A DNA stretch of 64,000 bases from an uncultured Nitrospiraceae bacterium (GTDB taxonomy: Bacteria; Nitrospirota; Thermodesulfovibrionia; Thermodesulfovibrionales; Dissulfurispiraceae). The notes under the pieces were generated by a model that did no database searches, was not told where the DNA came from, and worked only from the letters and a program-made list of their open reading frames with translations. The stretch lies in the NCBI GenBank assembly GCA_963727805.1, contig CAVSHF010000003.1, forward strand, positions 2,176,001 to 2,240,000, given 5' to 3'. This document shows positions 20,939-31,766 of this stretch, one piece after another (within the stretch, counting starts at the first letter, position 1; every line of letters starts with the position of its first letter). Made by a program: the position numbers and the translations under genes.

Positions 20939-21334
20939 TTAACTCCCAAGGGTCCTATCGCTCTTCATTGATGACACAGTAATAATCGTCTTGACATTTC
21001 CCCTCGGGTTGAAATCTCCGATAACCTCCAGAACCTTCGGCTTAAGAGCTTTTTTCAACTCGTCGAATATAAGGTTGGTCACTGCTTCGTGAGAAATTTG
21101 CCTGTCTCGGAATGCATTCAGATAAAGCTTCAACGCCTTCAGTTCGACGATCTTTTTTGATGGGACGTAGTTGATCTTTATCGTCGCAAAATCTGGATAG
21201 CCGGAACGCGGACAGAGACAGGTAAATTCAGGGAAAGAGATATGGATCTCATAATCCCGTTCCTGGCTCGGGTTGTCCCAGATTTCGAGCGCCGCTTTCT
21301 TTACCGCCTTTTCACCGTAACGCATCTCACTCAC
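20939..21334 (-). CDS. queF: NADPH-dependent preQ0 reductase (type 1)
   Basis: [33 protein letters not shown]. Confidence 0.93.
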   Translation of the reverse strand: MSEMRYGEKAVKKAALEIWDNPSQERDYEIHISFPEFTCLCPRSGYPDFATIKINYVPSKKIVELKALKLYLNAFRDRQISHEAVTNLIFDELKKALKPKVLEVIGDFNPRGNVKTIITVSSMKSDRTLGS

Positions 21335-21339
21335 TCCCT

Positions 21340-23115
21340 TTAGCTTTTAGATTCAGCGCTTGTGAACTGCATGTTATACAGCTCCTGATAAAGACCTCCC
21401 TGCTGCATCAATTCTTCGTGGGTGCCCTCCTGTATGATCCTGCCGCCGCTCATAACCGCAATGCGCGTTGCCTTCTGGACCGTCGAAAGACGGTGCGCTA
21501 TGACAATAGTGGTCCTGCCGAGCATGAGCTTTTCGAGTGCCTTCTGGACCTGCTGCTCCGACTCGGTATCGAGAGATGAGGTAGCCTCGTCAAGGATAAG
21601 GATCGAAGGATTTCTAATAATTGCTCGGGCTATGGTAATCCTCTGTTTCTGGCCGCCGGATAGCCTCACACCTCGCTCACCTATCTGAGTTTCATATCCA
21701 TCGGGCAGTTCCATGATGAACTCATGGGCAAACGCCGACCGAGCAGCTTCGATGACCTGTTCTTCAGTTGCATCCTGACGGCCGAATAGTATGTTCGCCT
21801 TTATCGTATCGTCAAAAAGAATTATGTCCTGGGTCACGGTGCCGATATAGCCCCTCAGCGAATGAAGCGAGAGACTGTTTATATCTTGTCCATCGATGAG
21901 GATGGACCCTGCAGTCGGATACCAAAAGCCGGCGACGAGATCGACAAGGGTGCTCTTGCCTGCTCCGCTGTAGCCGACCAATGCTACAATCTCTCCCTGC
22001 CTTATCGAAAGGTTGACACCCTTGAGCGCATCAACCTGAGATTCGGGATATCTGAAATGGACATGGTCAAACACAATGTCGCCTTTTACCTCAATATCGT
22101 GACCGCCCGGCTTTTCGGGTTCGACCGCAATGATCTCCCTGATCCTCTCAAGTGCGGTTCGTCCCTGCTGAAAGTTATTATGGACGCGGCTCAGCCGCTT
22201 GAGGGGTGTGAACATCAACCCTATGGCAATAATGAATGACCCGAAGTCTCCAGCTGTCATCGTTCCGGCAATAACTTGGCTGAACCCGTAGAACAAAATG
22301 ATTGAAATGCCTATACCGCCGAGCACCTCTGAAATAAGGTACGATGCCTCATTTATCCGGGTCTCCCTCATCGAGTTGCGATAATGATCAGCAAGCGTCC
22401 GCTCATTCCTGGCCTTCAGTCTATCTTCCATGGTAAAGGCCTTGATGATCTTGATGCCCTGTAGGGTTTCATTGATTATCGCCGTAATCTTAGCTAGTAG
22501 CAGTCTTGTCGTCATGCTTGTCTTTTTCATCTTCGATCCGAGTTTGCCTATGCTTAAGACAATCAGCGGGACCACAATAAAAGAGATGACTGCTAGGTCC
22601 CATTTACGGTAGATTGCGACGCCTGCAAGTACGATGACAGTACAGATCTCGACGGTAAAGTCCTTGATGGTGCTCATCGTGCTTTGCAGCAGATTGGCAT
22701 CATTTAGCAGCTTGGAAATGATCACGCCGCTCGAAGTCCTCGTATGGAACGAGACGGGAAGGGCCAAGATCTTTTCGTAAACCTCCTGTCTGACCACCCT
22801 TACTATCTTTGCACCGATTGACTGCATCAGATAATTATTGAAAAAGGTGAAAAGGCCCCTGAAAAAGAATAGCAGAACAATGCCGACCGTGAGGAGATAG
22901 ACATAATCCGTCTTCTTCATGATCAACAGATCATCAATAGCCGATTTGGTGCCCCAGGCTATGGCGCCGTTAGTTCCCGAGAGAATAAGACTGCAGACAA
23001 GCGCAGCTGACAGCCTGCCTATGTATGGGTTCGAGAGGAGCCAGAAGATGCGGAGGTCGTCATGCCACCTGTCGTTTCGGAACCGTTTGAATGCATCTTC
23101 GATTTTCGTGCTCAT
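21340..23115 (-). CDS. msbA: Lipid A-core flippase ABC transporter
   Basis: TM domain plus NBD ([27 protein letters not shown]) inside an LPS cluster. Confidence 0.85.
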   Translation of the reverse strand: MSTKIEDAFKRFRNDRWHDDLRIFWLLSNPYIGRLSAALVCSLILSGTNGAIAWGTKSAIDDLLIMKKTDYVYLLTVGIVLLFFFRGLFTFFNNYLMQSIGAKIVRVVRQEVYEKILALPVSFHTRTSSGVIISKLLNDANLLQSTMSTIKDFTVEICTVIVLAGVAIYRKWDLAVISFIVVPLIVLSIGKLGSKMKKTSMTTRLLLAKITAIINETLQGIKIIKAFTMEDRLKARNERTLADHYRNSMRETRINEASYLISEVLGGIGISIILFYGFSQVIAGTMTAGDFGSFIIAIGLMFTPLKRLSRVHNNFQQGRTALERIREIIAVEPEKPGGHDIEVKGDIVFDHVHFRYPESQVDALKGVNLSIRQGEIVALVGYSGAGKSTLVDLVAGFWYPTAGSILIDGQDINSLSLHSLRGYIGTVTQDIILFDDTIKANILFGRQDATEEQVIEAARSAFAHEFIMELPDGYETQIGERGVRLSGGQKQRITIARAIIRNPSILILDEATSSLDTESEQQVQKALEKLMLGRTTIVIAHRLSTVQKATRIAVMSGGRIIQEGTHEELMQQGGLYQELYNMQFTSAESKS

Positions 23116-23142
23116 GATTATATTACAGACACCTCAAATTTA

Positions 23143-24174
23143 TTAAAGACAGCTTCTATTATATAGCAGTCTATCCAATGCCGCGAAGACAGCTACGACA
23201 CTTATGTCCTCAGCCCTTCTGCTTTTTTCCTGCAGGATGATGTGGTTAATTCCGAAAGGCCGCCACCGGTCCTGATTGGTCGAGCCCCACATCGTAACTA
23301 TCGGCTTGCCGAGGCCGGCAGCCATGTGCATGGCGCCTCCGTCCCCGCAAACGACGATATCCGCCATGCTCAGGACTGCGATGAGTTCTGAAAGGTGGGA
23401 TGTTCGACAGGCGAGAACGTCCTGTCCGAGAGCATTCACAATAGCACCCGCCTTCTCATCGTCGCCCGGATGATAAACATTCTTTTCGCTGCCCGGAGAC
23501 CATAAAAGCATAATGCGCGTGCCATAGCGCTCGGCCCATTTCCCGCCTAGAGAGATAAAGTGGTCTAAGGGCCAGCGGTTTTCAGGCCTTCTGCTGCTGA
23601 TATGCATCGCGAGGCACGGTTTCCCAATGCCTCCGGCTGCATCCGCAAGTGATTTAAAATACAGCATTTCGTGCTGTGATGGGAATACTCTCATCTTCGG
23701 CGCTTCCCCTGTCACACCAAGAGGAGAAAGAAGATTCATAGTCCTTTCGACCTCATGGAGATTTCCATCAGGCTCAAGCAGCGGGACGGTATACCAGCGG
23801 GATGCATCGACACCCTTTTTTGTGTACCCGATCCTTATCCGCGCCCGTGTCATATGCGTATAGCAAGCTAGGCGGGGAGAAAACGAGCCGCAGCCGATCG
23901 CAACATCATACTTCTCCCGCCTGATTCTGCGGAGCACATTCGCATTGCTCATCCATACGGTCAACTTGCTTTTCTCTGGTGAATGCTTTGCTTTTTCGTA
24001 AACATAGACCTCATCAATATCGGGGTTACCGGCTATGGCAGCGGCATTGTATGTATTCACCAATATGCCTATCTTCGCGTTCGGATACGCTTTGCGCGCA
24101 GCAGACATAGCAGGCGTCGTACAGACGAGATCGCCAATATTGTCGCGTCGAATAAATAGGATCTTACCGATCAT
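23143..24174 (-). CDS. GT9 family glycosyltransferase (heptosyltransferase-like)
   Basis: IRRDNIGDLVCTTP, GDGGAMHMAAG. Confidence 0.88.
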   Translation of the reverse strand: MIGKILFIRRDNIGDLVCTTPAMSAARKAYPNAKIGILVNTYNAAAIAGNPDIDEVYVYEKAKHSPEKSKLTVWMSNANVLRRIRREKYDVAIGCGSFSPRLACYTHMTRARIRIGYTKKGVDASRWYTVPLLEPDGNLHEVERTMNLLSPLGVTGEAPKMRVFPSQHEMLYFKSLADAAGGIGKPCLAMHISSRRPENRWPLDHFISLGGKWAERYGTRIMLLWSPGSEKNVYHPGDDEKAGAIVNALGQDVLACRTSHLSELIAVLSMADIVVCGDGGAMHMAAGLGKPIVTMWGSTNQDRWRPFGINHIILQEKSRRAEDISVVAVFAALDRLLYNRSCL

Positions 24175-25484
24175 GCAGTGCCGCTCTTCGGGCGTACCGC
24201 CGGAAAACCCTTCGTCACAGCCATCCCCATGCCGAGGAGAAGCATGAAGAGCAGCTTGGAGTCCCCACCGTCAAAACTCCCGAAAAAATTATTGACCCAG
24301 TAGCCTGTCATCATAGTTACAAGAGATGCAGTCATATAATGAGATAGACCTGTTTTATCGGTCAAGCTTTTTCGCCAGTTTTTCCAGCAGACAACCAAGA
24401 ACGTCCCAATCATCCAGAGGAAAACGATCAGACCCTGTATCCCGAGTTCAAAGGCCATTCCGATAAATGTATTGTGCGTCTGCGCAAATATAAAGTGTTT
24501 GTTCTTCTCGGTCTTAACAATGTTGCCGAATAAAAACCTTCCATACCCGTGCGGATAAAATGGGTTCTTACCTATTTCCAGAAGTGCGGTTTTCCACATA
24601 CCAAGCCGCTGCTGCATGCCCTTTGTAGAAGACCCTACAATTTGTTCCGGCGACAGCTCGATTAATTCCCTAATACTTGGTATCCGGTCGGTCTGCATCT
24701 CGCGAAACATCCCGCTCTCGATGTAGACGCTCCCGACAAGAATCGGCACGACAAGAAGGAGGATACCCATTCTACGTCGTTTCTCTATCATGAGCATCAT
24801 TCCCGCAAAGAATATCTGTACGCCCACCGCAAGAATCGCAGCTCGAACATAAGTAATATGCAGTGCCGCTAGATTGATAATGAGCAACGCAACAAGTCCG
24901 GTACGTGGCCATGGTTTTTTGAAATAATATGCACCCCAAAATATAAAAGGGATCATTATAGTGTGATAAAGCGCCGCGGCTTCACCCCCGCCAGGGTCCC
25001 TGAGTCCACCAGCCTTATATATCGTGTAAGTAAGCCAATTACCTTCGTGCATTGCAAAATCATAAAAGGAATAGCAACTAAATACTAAGTTGCCGAAAAA
25101 GAAGACCGACATCAATAATGAGATATCTCGCTCTTTTCGGATACCAAGGTACACAGTATAAAAGAGAATAATCGGCGTGATGAGCTCGCCCCATACTTCC
25201 CTGATGCTGCGGTAACTGTTTACAGAAAAAGGAATGGAAGAAACCGCAACCATAAAAAAGATTACGAATTGCAGTTCATAGGATGTGGGGTCCCAACAAA
25301 ATTGATGGGATTGAAAAGCTCTTATGAGAAGCAACCCGGCGGGAATAAAGAGGGCAAAAGCGCGAATCGTTGGTGTATGAGCGATCGGCAGCGTAACGAT
25401 GAGCACCGAGAGACACAAAAGAATGGCCCAATCGATCCAGACCAGCATCGAGTCGCACTTTTCGCCCAGAATTCCCGGCTTCAT
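24171..25484 (-). CDS. waaL: O-antigen ligase family membrane protein
   Basis: About 12 TM helices, TYVRAA, RLGMW, THNTF..ELGIQG; ATG overlaps the upstream stop (ATGA). Confidence 0.8.
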   Translation of the reverse strand: MKPGILGEKCDSMLVWIDWAILLCLSVLIVTLPIAHTPTIRAFALFIPAGLLLIRAFQSHQFCWDPTSYELQFVIFFMVAVSSIPFSVNSYRSIREVWGELITPIILFYTVYLGIRKERDISLLMSVFFFGNLVFSCYSFYDFAMHEGNWLTYTIYKAGGLRDPGGGEAAALYHTIMIPFIFWGAYYFKKPWPRTGLVALLIINLAALHITYVRAAILAVGVQIFFAGMMLMIEKRRRMGILLLVVPILVGSVYIESGMFREMQTDRIPSIRELIELSPEQIVGSSTKGMQQRLGMWKTALLEIGKNPFYPHGYGRFLFGNIVKTEKNKHFIFAQTHNTFIGMAFELGIQGLIVFLWMIGTFLVVCWKNWRKSLTDKTGLSHYMTASLVTMMTGYWVNNFFGSFDGGDSKLLFMLLLGMGMAVTKGFPAVRPKSGTA

Positions 25485-26608
25485 TCCCACGCTCCTCCTT
25501 GGTCGATCAATTCATTGACCGCATTCACCACATCGGCGGTGGTAATTCTTGCTATGCATGCACGGTCGCCTTTCCTACAAGCATGGGCTACCTTAAAAAC
25601 ATAAGTGCACGGCACACAGGGCAGGTGATATTGAAGAACCTTGACACGCTTGCCGCCCGGTCTTTGCTCGGACGTATCGATCGGACCGGCAAGATGCAAG
25701 ATCGGCACGGATACCGCATCCGCCATGTAGGTTATACCGGTGTCTACTCCTATATACAGCGCCAGTCTCTCCAGAAGCGCAGGGAGCTGTCGGAGGTTCA
25801 ATGCGCCTGTAGTATCGATGGTCCTCTCTTTTTTTATGACGCCCTGCATCACCTTTCTTGCCACTTCTCTGTCTTGGTGTGACCCGATGAGTACGATGGA
25901 GACATCCAACGTTTTTGCCAATGCATTCACGATCTCCACGATCTTATCAGCGCCAAGCTCTTTAAGCTTGTTCCCGCTGCTGACGGCAAACCCTATCACC
26001 GGAGCCTCAATCTGCCCCAGAAGACGATCAACAGCCGCAGCCGCATCGGGAGATTTATAGACCTCCTTGGTTATGTCGCCGCTTTCTATGCCCAGGCAGC
26101 GTAGCGCGCGCACAGACGTTTCAGATATCAGGATTCCGGAAGCATGGCACTCAAGGCAGGTAAACAGTGCTGATGCGAACCTGAATGTGAAACCGGAAAA
26201 GTTAGGCATAATACTGATCCTTTGCGGGACCATTCCCCACAAGCCTGCTAACGCAAAGGGAATGTTAGGATTCAGACATATCAACACATCATAGCGCCCT
26301 CTGCATACCAGTTTCGACAATTTCACCTTACCGGCAAGGCCTTTATAGTCCGCAGTATTAAAGGTCAGGATCTCGTCCACATATGGATTATATTCCAATA
26401 GTTCCTTTGTGACAGGACTCACCAATGCTGTCAGACGGGCATTCGGATATTTTTTCTTAACTTCCCGAAAGACGGGCGTTGAGCAGACCAAATCACCGAT
26501 CTTTGCTGTCTGGATTACCAGGATTCTTTCGATTGCATCTTTTTTCCTCAAGATCATCAGAAGATATAGCAGAGGAGAAAAGAGATATGTGCAAAGCACG
26601 TATATCAT
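25481..26608 (-). CDS. GT9 family glycosyltransferase
   Basis: QTAKIGDLVCSTP, GVDTGITYMA, C-terminal CVPC..C. Confidence 0.88.
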   Translation of the reverse strand: MIYVLCTYLFSPLLYLLMILRKKDAIERILVIQTAKIGDLVCSTPVFREVKKKYPNARLTALVSPVTKELLEYNPYVDEILTFNTADYKGLAGKVKLSKLVCRGRYDVLICLNPNIPFALAGLWGMVPQRISIMPNFSGFTFRFASALFTCLECHASGILISETSVRALRCLGIESGDITKEVYKSPDAAAAVDRLLGQIEAPVIGFAVSSGNKLKELGADKIVEIVNALAKTLDVSIVLIGSHQDREVARKVMQGVIKKERTIDTTGALNLRQLPALLERLALYIGVDTGITYMADAVSVPILHLAGPIDTSEQRPGGKRVKVLQYHLPCVPCTYVFKVAHACRKGDRACIARITTADVVNAVNELIDQGGAWE

Positions 26609-27828
26609 CCGGCTAAGACCTCAGAGAATAGCTCTTCAACACCTGCAATATATTTCTCTATCGAAAAGTTCTCGATCACACGCTTCCTTCCTTTTTCCCC
26701 CATAAGTTCCCTCAACCCGCGGTCATCCATCAGCCGAAGGAGCGCTTGAGACAGCTTATCGGGATTGGTCGGCACAAGGTAGCCTGTTTCGCCATCAATA
26801 ACAAGTTCAGCCGAACCCGTAACATTGGTAGCGACTACCGGCTTGGCCATCAGCATCGCTTCCAGTATGGATCTCGGGAAGCCCTCCCCATGCGAAGAAA
26901 GGACAAATATGTCGAGCGCGTTTATATATGAAATGGCATCATTCTTGAACCCCGCAAATATAATATCGTCTGCGAGGTCAAGGCGTTCTGAAAGCTGTCT
27001 AAGCCTTTTCACTTCAGGGCCAGTCCCGATAATAAGCCCCTTAAAACTCTTACCGCTTTCCCTGAGGCGCTTCAGTGAGGATATAAAGAGGTCGAATCCC
27101 TTTCGTTTCATTAATGATCCTACCATGCCTATCAGGACCTCGGCATTCCTTATCCCAAGCTCCTGCCTGATTTGACTTGGCGGTGTCGACGGCTTTATCG
27201 TCACGTCAATGCCGTTATAAACGACGCGCACTATGTCTCCCCTTATATTTTGCTTTACGTAGCCGTCTTTCAATCCCTCTGACACACAGATCATTCTTGA
27301 CAGATACATGTTTGCAAGCCTTACCTCTTCCGGCAACAGGCGGGCATTGCTTCGCGCGTGCTGGACTATCGGGATTGAAAAGCCTCCCTTTGTCAGAGCT
27401 CTCCCTAGATGCGCTGCCAAAAGGCCTTCCAGATTGGATGATGGCTGATTATTCATATAGAGCAGAGAATACTCATTTTTTCTTACTACATCCATAATTT
27501 TCTTCGCAGTCCTGTTTATTCGAGTATAAAAATCGATCCAGAAAACGGCTCTCCTCTTTAATGTCTTGCTACAAAAGAGTATGGCCCTCGAACATTCTTT
27601 CATGCTCTTGATGACGAGGCCCTGCCTCCTGATCGGCATGTGGATAAACTCTACTCCAAGACTTGAAAGCATATCGCCGATAGTAACCCCGTCATTCCTG
27701 CTGTAGTTATACAGAAATATTGCTGAAAATGAATACCTGTTTTTATCGATCCTCTTTACAAGTTCGAGCAGGCTGTTTGTTCCGCCCCCCCACTCCTTAC
27801 CGGTATCGAGGACCAGGATCTTCTTCAT
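26605..27828 (-). CDS. GT4 family glycosyltransferase
   Basis: EWGGG, YNGID, EGFPRSILEAM. Confidence 0.9.
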   Translation of the reverse strand: MKKILVLDTGKEWGGGTNSLLELVKRIDKNRYSFSAIFLYNYSRNDGVTIGDMLSSLGVEFIHMPIRRQGLVIKSMKECSRAILFCSKTLKRRAVFWIDFYTRINRTAKKIMDVVRKNEYSLLYMNNQPSSNLEGLLAAHLGRALTKGGFSIPIVQHARSNARLLPEEVRLANMYLSRMICVSEGLKDGYVKQNIRGDIVRVVYNGIDVTIKPSTPPSQIRQELGIRNAEVLIGMVGSLMKRKGFDLFISSLKRLRESGKSFKGLIIGTGPEVKRLRQLSERLDLADDIIFAGFKNDAISYINALDIFVLSSHGEGFPRSILEAMLMAKPVVATNVTGSAELVIDGETGYLVPTNPDKLSQALLRLMDDRGLRELMGEKGRKRVIENFSIEKYIAGVEELFSEVLAG

Positions 27829-28829
27829 GCAGGACGGGCCTTCTCCGACTTTGCATAAATGGTCATCCTACTGGACCTGCACAATGAAAAAAGCAGCAAC
27901 AGCAAAGGTTTTCTTGCGAGCTTGAAGACTCGACTATTCAAAAATCTGGGAAGCATGTCGGAAGGTTTTTCCTCTAGGAGTATGTCGACACTTTTTTTAA
28001 AGTCCCTCGTGTCTTTTATGTGGTATATCTTCTCAATGCTCAATTCATTTTTCACAAAATACTTTCTTATTGTCTCTGGCGAAAAATGATATAGATGATT
28101 CGGCAGATGAAGACCGAAAAAATATTTTTTGAAAAGCTTCGCTTCAATACCTGAAATATCGGGCACTGTGATAATAAGGTGGCCACCCGGCTTAAGCCAT
28201 CTTGCAATCGTCTCCAATGTCTTGTCCGGTGAATATACGTGCTCGAGTACCATCTTCATGATGATGACATCGAAATAGGCCATGTCGAATTTAGCATCAT
28301 CGATGTCCGTATTGATAACATCGAGTCCGTAGAGTTCTTTAGCCCGACCGGCAGCATAGCTGCTGAGTTCTATTCCGTATACTTCCCATCCAACCCCCTG
28401 CATCTCGTGCAGGAATTTGCCGTGAGCCGCGCCGATTTCAAGCAGTCTGCCTCCTTCGACAAAAGCCGGCACAGCATTGGTATAAAATGCACCCAACTTG
28501 AAAATGGAAACGGGCGCAAGAATTATCTTTGATAAAATTCCCTTGCTGTTATGAGGCATATACCCGAAATAATATTCTAGTAGCTTCCGATAAATCCCTT
28601 TTGCAAATTTTGACGGCGTCGAGCTCTCACCTTGTGCATACGATGGATATGAGTCAGGATAAAAATTGAGGATTTCATCCTTGCGCGGCCGTGGATTTGT
28701 AAAAACCAAGCCACACTCGCTGCATTTTACGGTTTGGAATAGACCCTCGGTTCTGTTTATATAATCTTTCGACTGGATAAAAGGCGTGAAATTCGAACCG
28801 CCGCACAGATCGCAATCAACCCGTTCCAT
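27825..28829 (-). CDS. Class I SAM-dependent methyltransferase with N-terminal CxxC..CxxC zinc motif
   Basis: CDLCG..CSECG, LEIGAAHG, VLEHV, HLYHF. Confidence 0.85.
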   Translation of the reverse strand: MERVDCDLCGGSNFTPFIQSKDYINRTEGLFQTVKCSECGLVFTNPRPRKDEILNFYPDSYPSYAQGESSTPSKFAKGIYRKLLEYYFGYMPHNSKGILSKIILAPVSIFKLGAFYTNAVPAFVEGGRLLEIGAAHGKFLHEMQGVGWEVYGIELSSYAAGRAKELYGLDVINTDIDDAKFDMAYFDVIIMKMVLEHVYSPDKTLETIARWLKPGGHLIITVPDISGIEAKLFKKYFFGLHLPNHLYHFSPETIRKYFVKNELSIEKIYHIKDTRDFKKSVDILLEEKPSDMLPRFLNSRVFKLARKPLLLLLFSLCRSSRMTIYAKSEKARPA

Positions 28830-28858
28830 CACTCATCTCCATTCTGAATTCTTGCAGC

Positions 28859-29494
28859 TTATGCTTGTGCAACCATGACGATGTTTCGTACAAAATCGAT
28901 TTCCAGAAAATCTAGAAGGGGTTTAAACATCCAATACTTTATTTTTTTGCGAAACCCCAGATTGACGGCCCGGTACAGTTTGACATTCTTGAACCCAGTC
29001 GATAGAAAAAGTCCGCCCAGTTCGTCATAACGAAGCGGGGTTATATGTGTACAATCCCTCCAGAAAAAAACAGGATGGCACACATTCGGAGTCGTCACGA
29101 TAAAGTAGCCGCCCGGAGCTAGAAGGCCATGTATCCGCGTAAATAGGTCAGGCAATTCGGAGAGAGGCACGTGTTCCACCATATCGAACGCCACGCAGAT
29201 GTTGAAGATCCGATCTATTTCTTCAAGACTGTGATAATCGTGCGGCCAAGTTTTATCGATGTCGAAACTGAAATAACCAGCGTCTGTTCCATTGCCTGCC
29301 AGAAACTTTTCGAGATTGCGGTCATTTGCACCGATATCAAGCAGAGAGTCCCCCGGTCTAATGAGGTTTTTCAAGACTTCCTTTCCAGACCGCACTATTG
29401 GGAATTCAAGTATCGACACTGATCCCGTTTTGTAACGGCGTATGTAATCCTCTCGGCCTTTCTTAATGCTGCTCCAGTCGATCTGCGGTCCCAT
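28859..29494 (-). CDS. Class I SAM-dependent methyltransferase
   Basis: LDIGA, DMVEHV, PGG..IVTTPN. Confidence 0.8.
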   Translation of the reverse strand: MGPQIDWSSIKKGREDYIRRYKTGSVSILEFPIVRSGKEVLKNLIRPGDSLLDIGANDRNLEKFLAGNGTDAGYFSFDIDKTWPHDYHSLEEIDRIFNICVAFDMVEHVPLSELPDLFTRIHGLLAPGGYFIVTTPNVCHPVFFWRDCTHITPLRYDELGGLFLSTGFKNVKLYRAVNLGFRKKIKYWMFKPLLDFLEIDFVRNIVMVAQA

Positions 29495-29501
29495 TTATTC
29501 C

Positions 29502-30563
29502 TTACGCCTTTTTGACTTTGTTGTAAGCATCAATGATCTTGTCAACCATGTTGTCATAAGAATGGTTCTTGATAACATGATTATATCCCTGTTCGGCTAT
29601 GTGCCTTCGGGCGTCTTCATTTTGGAGATAGTATTTCAATTTTCCCTCGAAGTCTTGTATATCTTCGTAGACAACAACATGCTTGCCCGGCGTCACCGCA
29701 TTCTCGAGGTCCCGAGAGCCATCAGTGAGAAGAAATGCTCCACAGGCAGGCACTTCGAACACTCGCATGTTTATCCCACTTCTCGCCTTTGCATCGGTGC
29801 CCCATGTGGTAATATTAAGCACTATACGGCTTGAGTTATATAGTTCTACAAGTTCTTTGCCGCCTATATAATTCCCTTTCAAGGCCTTGAGGATTTTGGG
29901 GTTTGAAAGGTTCCTTTTTTTCCATTTCGATCCATAGATTGCGACCTCTCCCGTGATTTCGACTGTTTTTTCCATAACAGCCTGTCTCTTTTCGGACCAC
30001 CCTCCGACAAAACAGCAATCGTATTTTTGTGATAAATTCTTAATCGGATAAAATGATTCGGGATCGACTGCATGCTGCAGCAGCTCGCAGTTCTCATATC
30101 CCCTTTTTCTCGCTTCCTCGATTCCCGAAGAGTTAAAGAAAAAATAATAGTCATAGTGATGTATTTCGGAAAAAACCTCGTCCATCTTCTTCGAATCGCT
30201 GTTAAGCCACCATCCAATGAGAGTGCATTTTTTGCTTATATACTGCATGGTTTCTTCATTAAGTCTCCAGCCTCTTATCAGAAGAAATAGTTCGGGCTTA
30301 AACTCGTCAACGAGTTTTCCCGCTAAGGTGCTCCTATATTGCAGATGCTTTAGCGGATGACCCTCAAATGCACTGAGACCCTTCGGCAAAAGTCTGAGGT
30401 TCCAGAGCTGTTTGTCGACCGTATGGATAACCCATTTGTCGAACCAGTGGTTGGTGTTCATGTCAAATTGCCCGGCAGACACACCTTTCCTTTCAAATGC
30501 CTTCTGGAGGTAACTCATGATGGGCGGTCGGTCATGATATGCCATTACAACATTCTTCAGCAT
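29502..30563 (-). CDS. CgeB-like (Glyco_trans_1_2) glycosyltransferase
   Basis: FVGG, LYNSSRIVLNI, NMRVFEVPACGAFLLTD, HSY. Confidence 0.85.
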   Translation of the reverse strand: MLKNVVMAYHDRPPIMSYLQKAFERKGVSAGQFDMNTNHWFDKWVIHTVDKQLWNLRLLPKGLSAFEGHPLKHLQYRSTLAGKLVDEFKPELFLLIRGWRLNEETMQYISKKCTLIGWWLNSDSKKMDEVFSEIHHYDYYFFFNSSGIEEARKRGYENCELLQHAVDPESFYPIKNLSQKYDCCFVGGWSEKRQAVMEKTVEITGEVAIYGSKWKKRNLSNPKILKALKGNYIGGKELVELYNSSRIVLNITTWGTDAKARSGINMRVFEVPACGAFLLTDGSRDLENAVTPGKHVVVYEDIQDFEGKLKYYLQNEDARRHIAEQGYNHVIKNHSYDNMVDKIIDAYNKVKKA

Positions 30564-30632
30564 ATTATTTTTATATCACTCCACATTTTTTAAAATCACC
30601 ACCTGTTCGACAACGTGCAGGAGAATATTTTT

Positions 30633-31766
30633 TTACTCCTTGATGATCCGGTTCTTAAAGATGACTGTCTCGATAGCACCGAGGACTTCGTCAATGCTTA
30701 TATTTTCCATGCATTTCTGATATTTGCATCTCTTTCCGGAACAAGGATTACAGGTCCTGTACTTTTGTATTATAAAATGTCTCTCGTTATCATAATACGG
30801 CCCCGACACCCTTGAATCCGCCATCGCAAACAATGCTACGACAGGCGTACCCACAGCTATTGCCACATGCATGGTCCCGGTATCCCCTGTAACGAGCAGT
30901 TTGAAGCTCTTTAACAGAGAAGGTATATATTTTAATGCAACCTCACCTGCAGACACAATCGTATTTCCTCCTATCTCGTCTGCAATATTTCGACAATAGT
31001 CAGACTCCTGCGGAGACCCAGTAATTATTATCTTTATTGCGGGGTAGATGTTGCAGATTCTTTTGCCCAGTTCGATGAACCTATCGGCAAACCACATCCT
31101 GCTCACGGTGGACGCTGCCACCTGAAAACCAATGACCATATCCGTCTCTTTTATGCCTTTGCTTTTTATAAAAGCTTTGATGGCTGCAGGACCATCCTTT
31201 GCTTCGGGCAGAACCATCCTCGTTTCTGAAATATCACAACCAGCCAACCCGGCCACTTTCAGCCTCTGCTTCACCCCATGTGAAAAATCTGTCCATTGAA
31301 AAAGCTCATTACGGTTGGATAACAGAAAACGGTATTCATTTGTATTGGGCAGTTTAATGAGGAACTGCGCCCCCGAAAGATATGCCATCGGCGTTGCTTG
31401 TGGCTCGTTCCCATGGAATATCAATACGAGATCGAAGTTGTAGCTGCGAAAGTCTCTAATCGTCCCGAAGAATTTCCTATATCCCCCATAATAGGGGGTA
31501 ATCCCGTCTATGTCTGGGTTGTTCTCAAAAAGCGCCATATTCCTCACGTTGAAATGGGCTATGATTTTCGAATGAGGATATCTCTTTCGCACAGCCCTGA
31601 TAGCTGGGGTTGACAGGAGTGTATCGCCGATTGCGGTCGAAGATACTACCAGTATGTTTTTCACTTTATCAGGGTCGAAATATTTCAGATCGGTCCGCCT
31701 CTTGTCCGCCGCCTTCAACACCTTCATGGCAACGTAAAGAAGTCCGTCTGCGAGTCTAATCCTCAT
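30633..31766 (-). CDS. GT9 family glycosyltransferase
   Basis: SSTAIGDTLLSTP, TGDTGTMHVAIAVG, CNPC..C..C. Confidence 0.88.
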   Translation of the reverse strand: MRIRLADGLLYVAMKVLKAADKRRTDLKYFDPDKVKNILVVSSTAIGDTLLSTPAIRAVRKRYPHSKIIAHFNVRNMALFENNPDIDGITPYYGGYRKFFGTIRDFRSYNFDLVLIFHGNEPQATPMAYLSGAQFLIKLPNTNEYRFLLSNRNELFQWTDFSHGVKQRLKVAGLAGCDISETRMVLPEAKDGPAAIKAFIKSKGIKETDMVIGFQVAASTVSRMWFADRFIELGKRICNIYPAIKIIITGSPQESDYCRNIADEIGGNTIVSAGEVALKYIPSLLKSFKLLVTGDTGTMHVAIAVGTPVVALFAMADSRVSGPYYDNERHFIIQKYRTCNPCSGKRCKYQKCMENISIDEVLGAIETVIFKNRIIKE

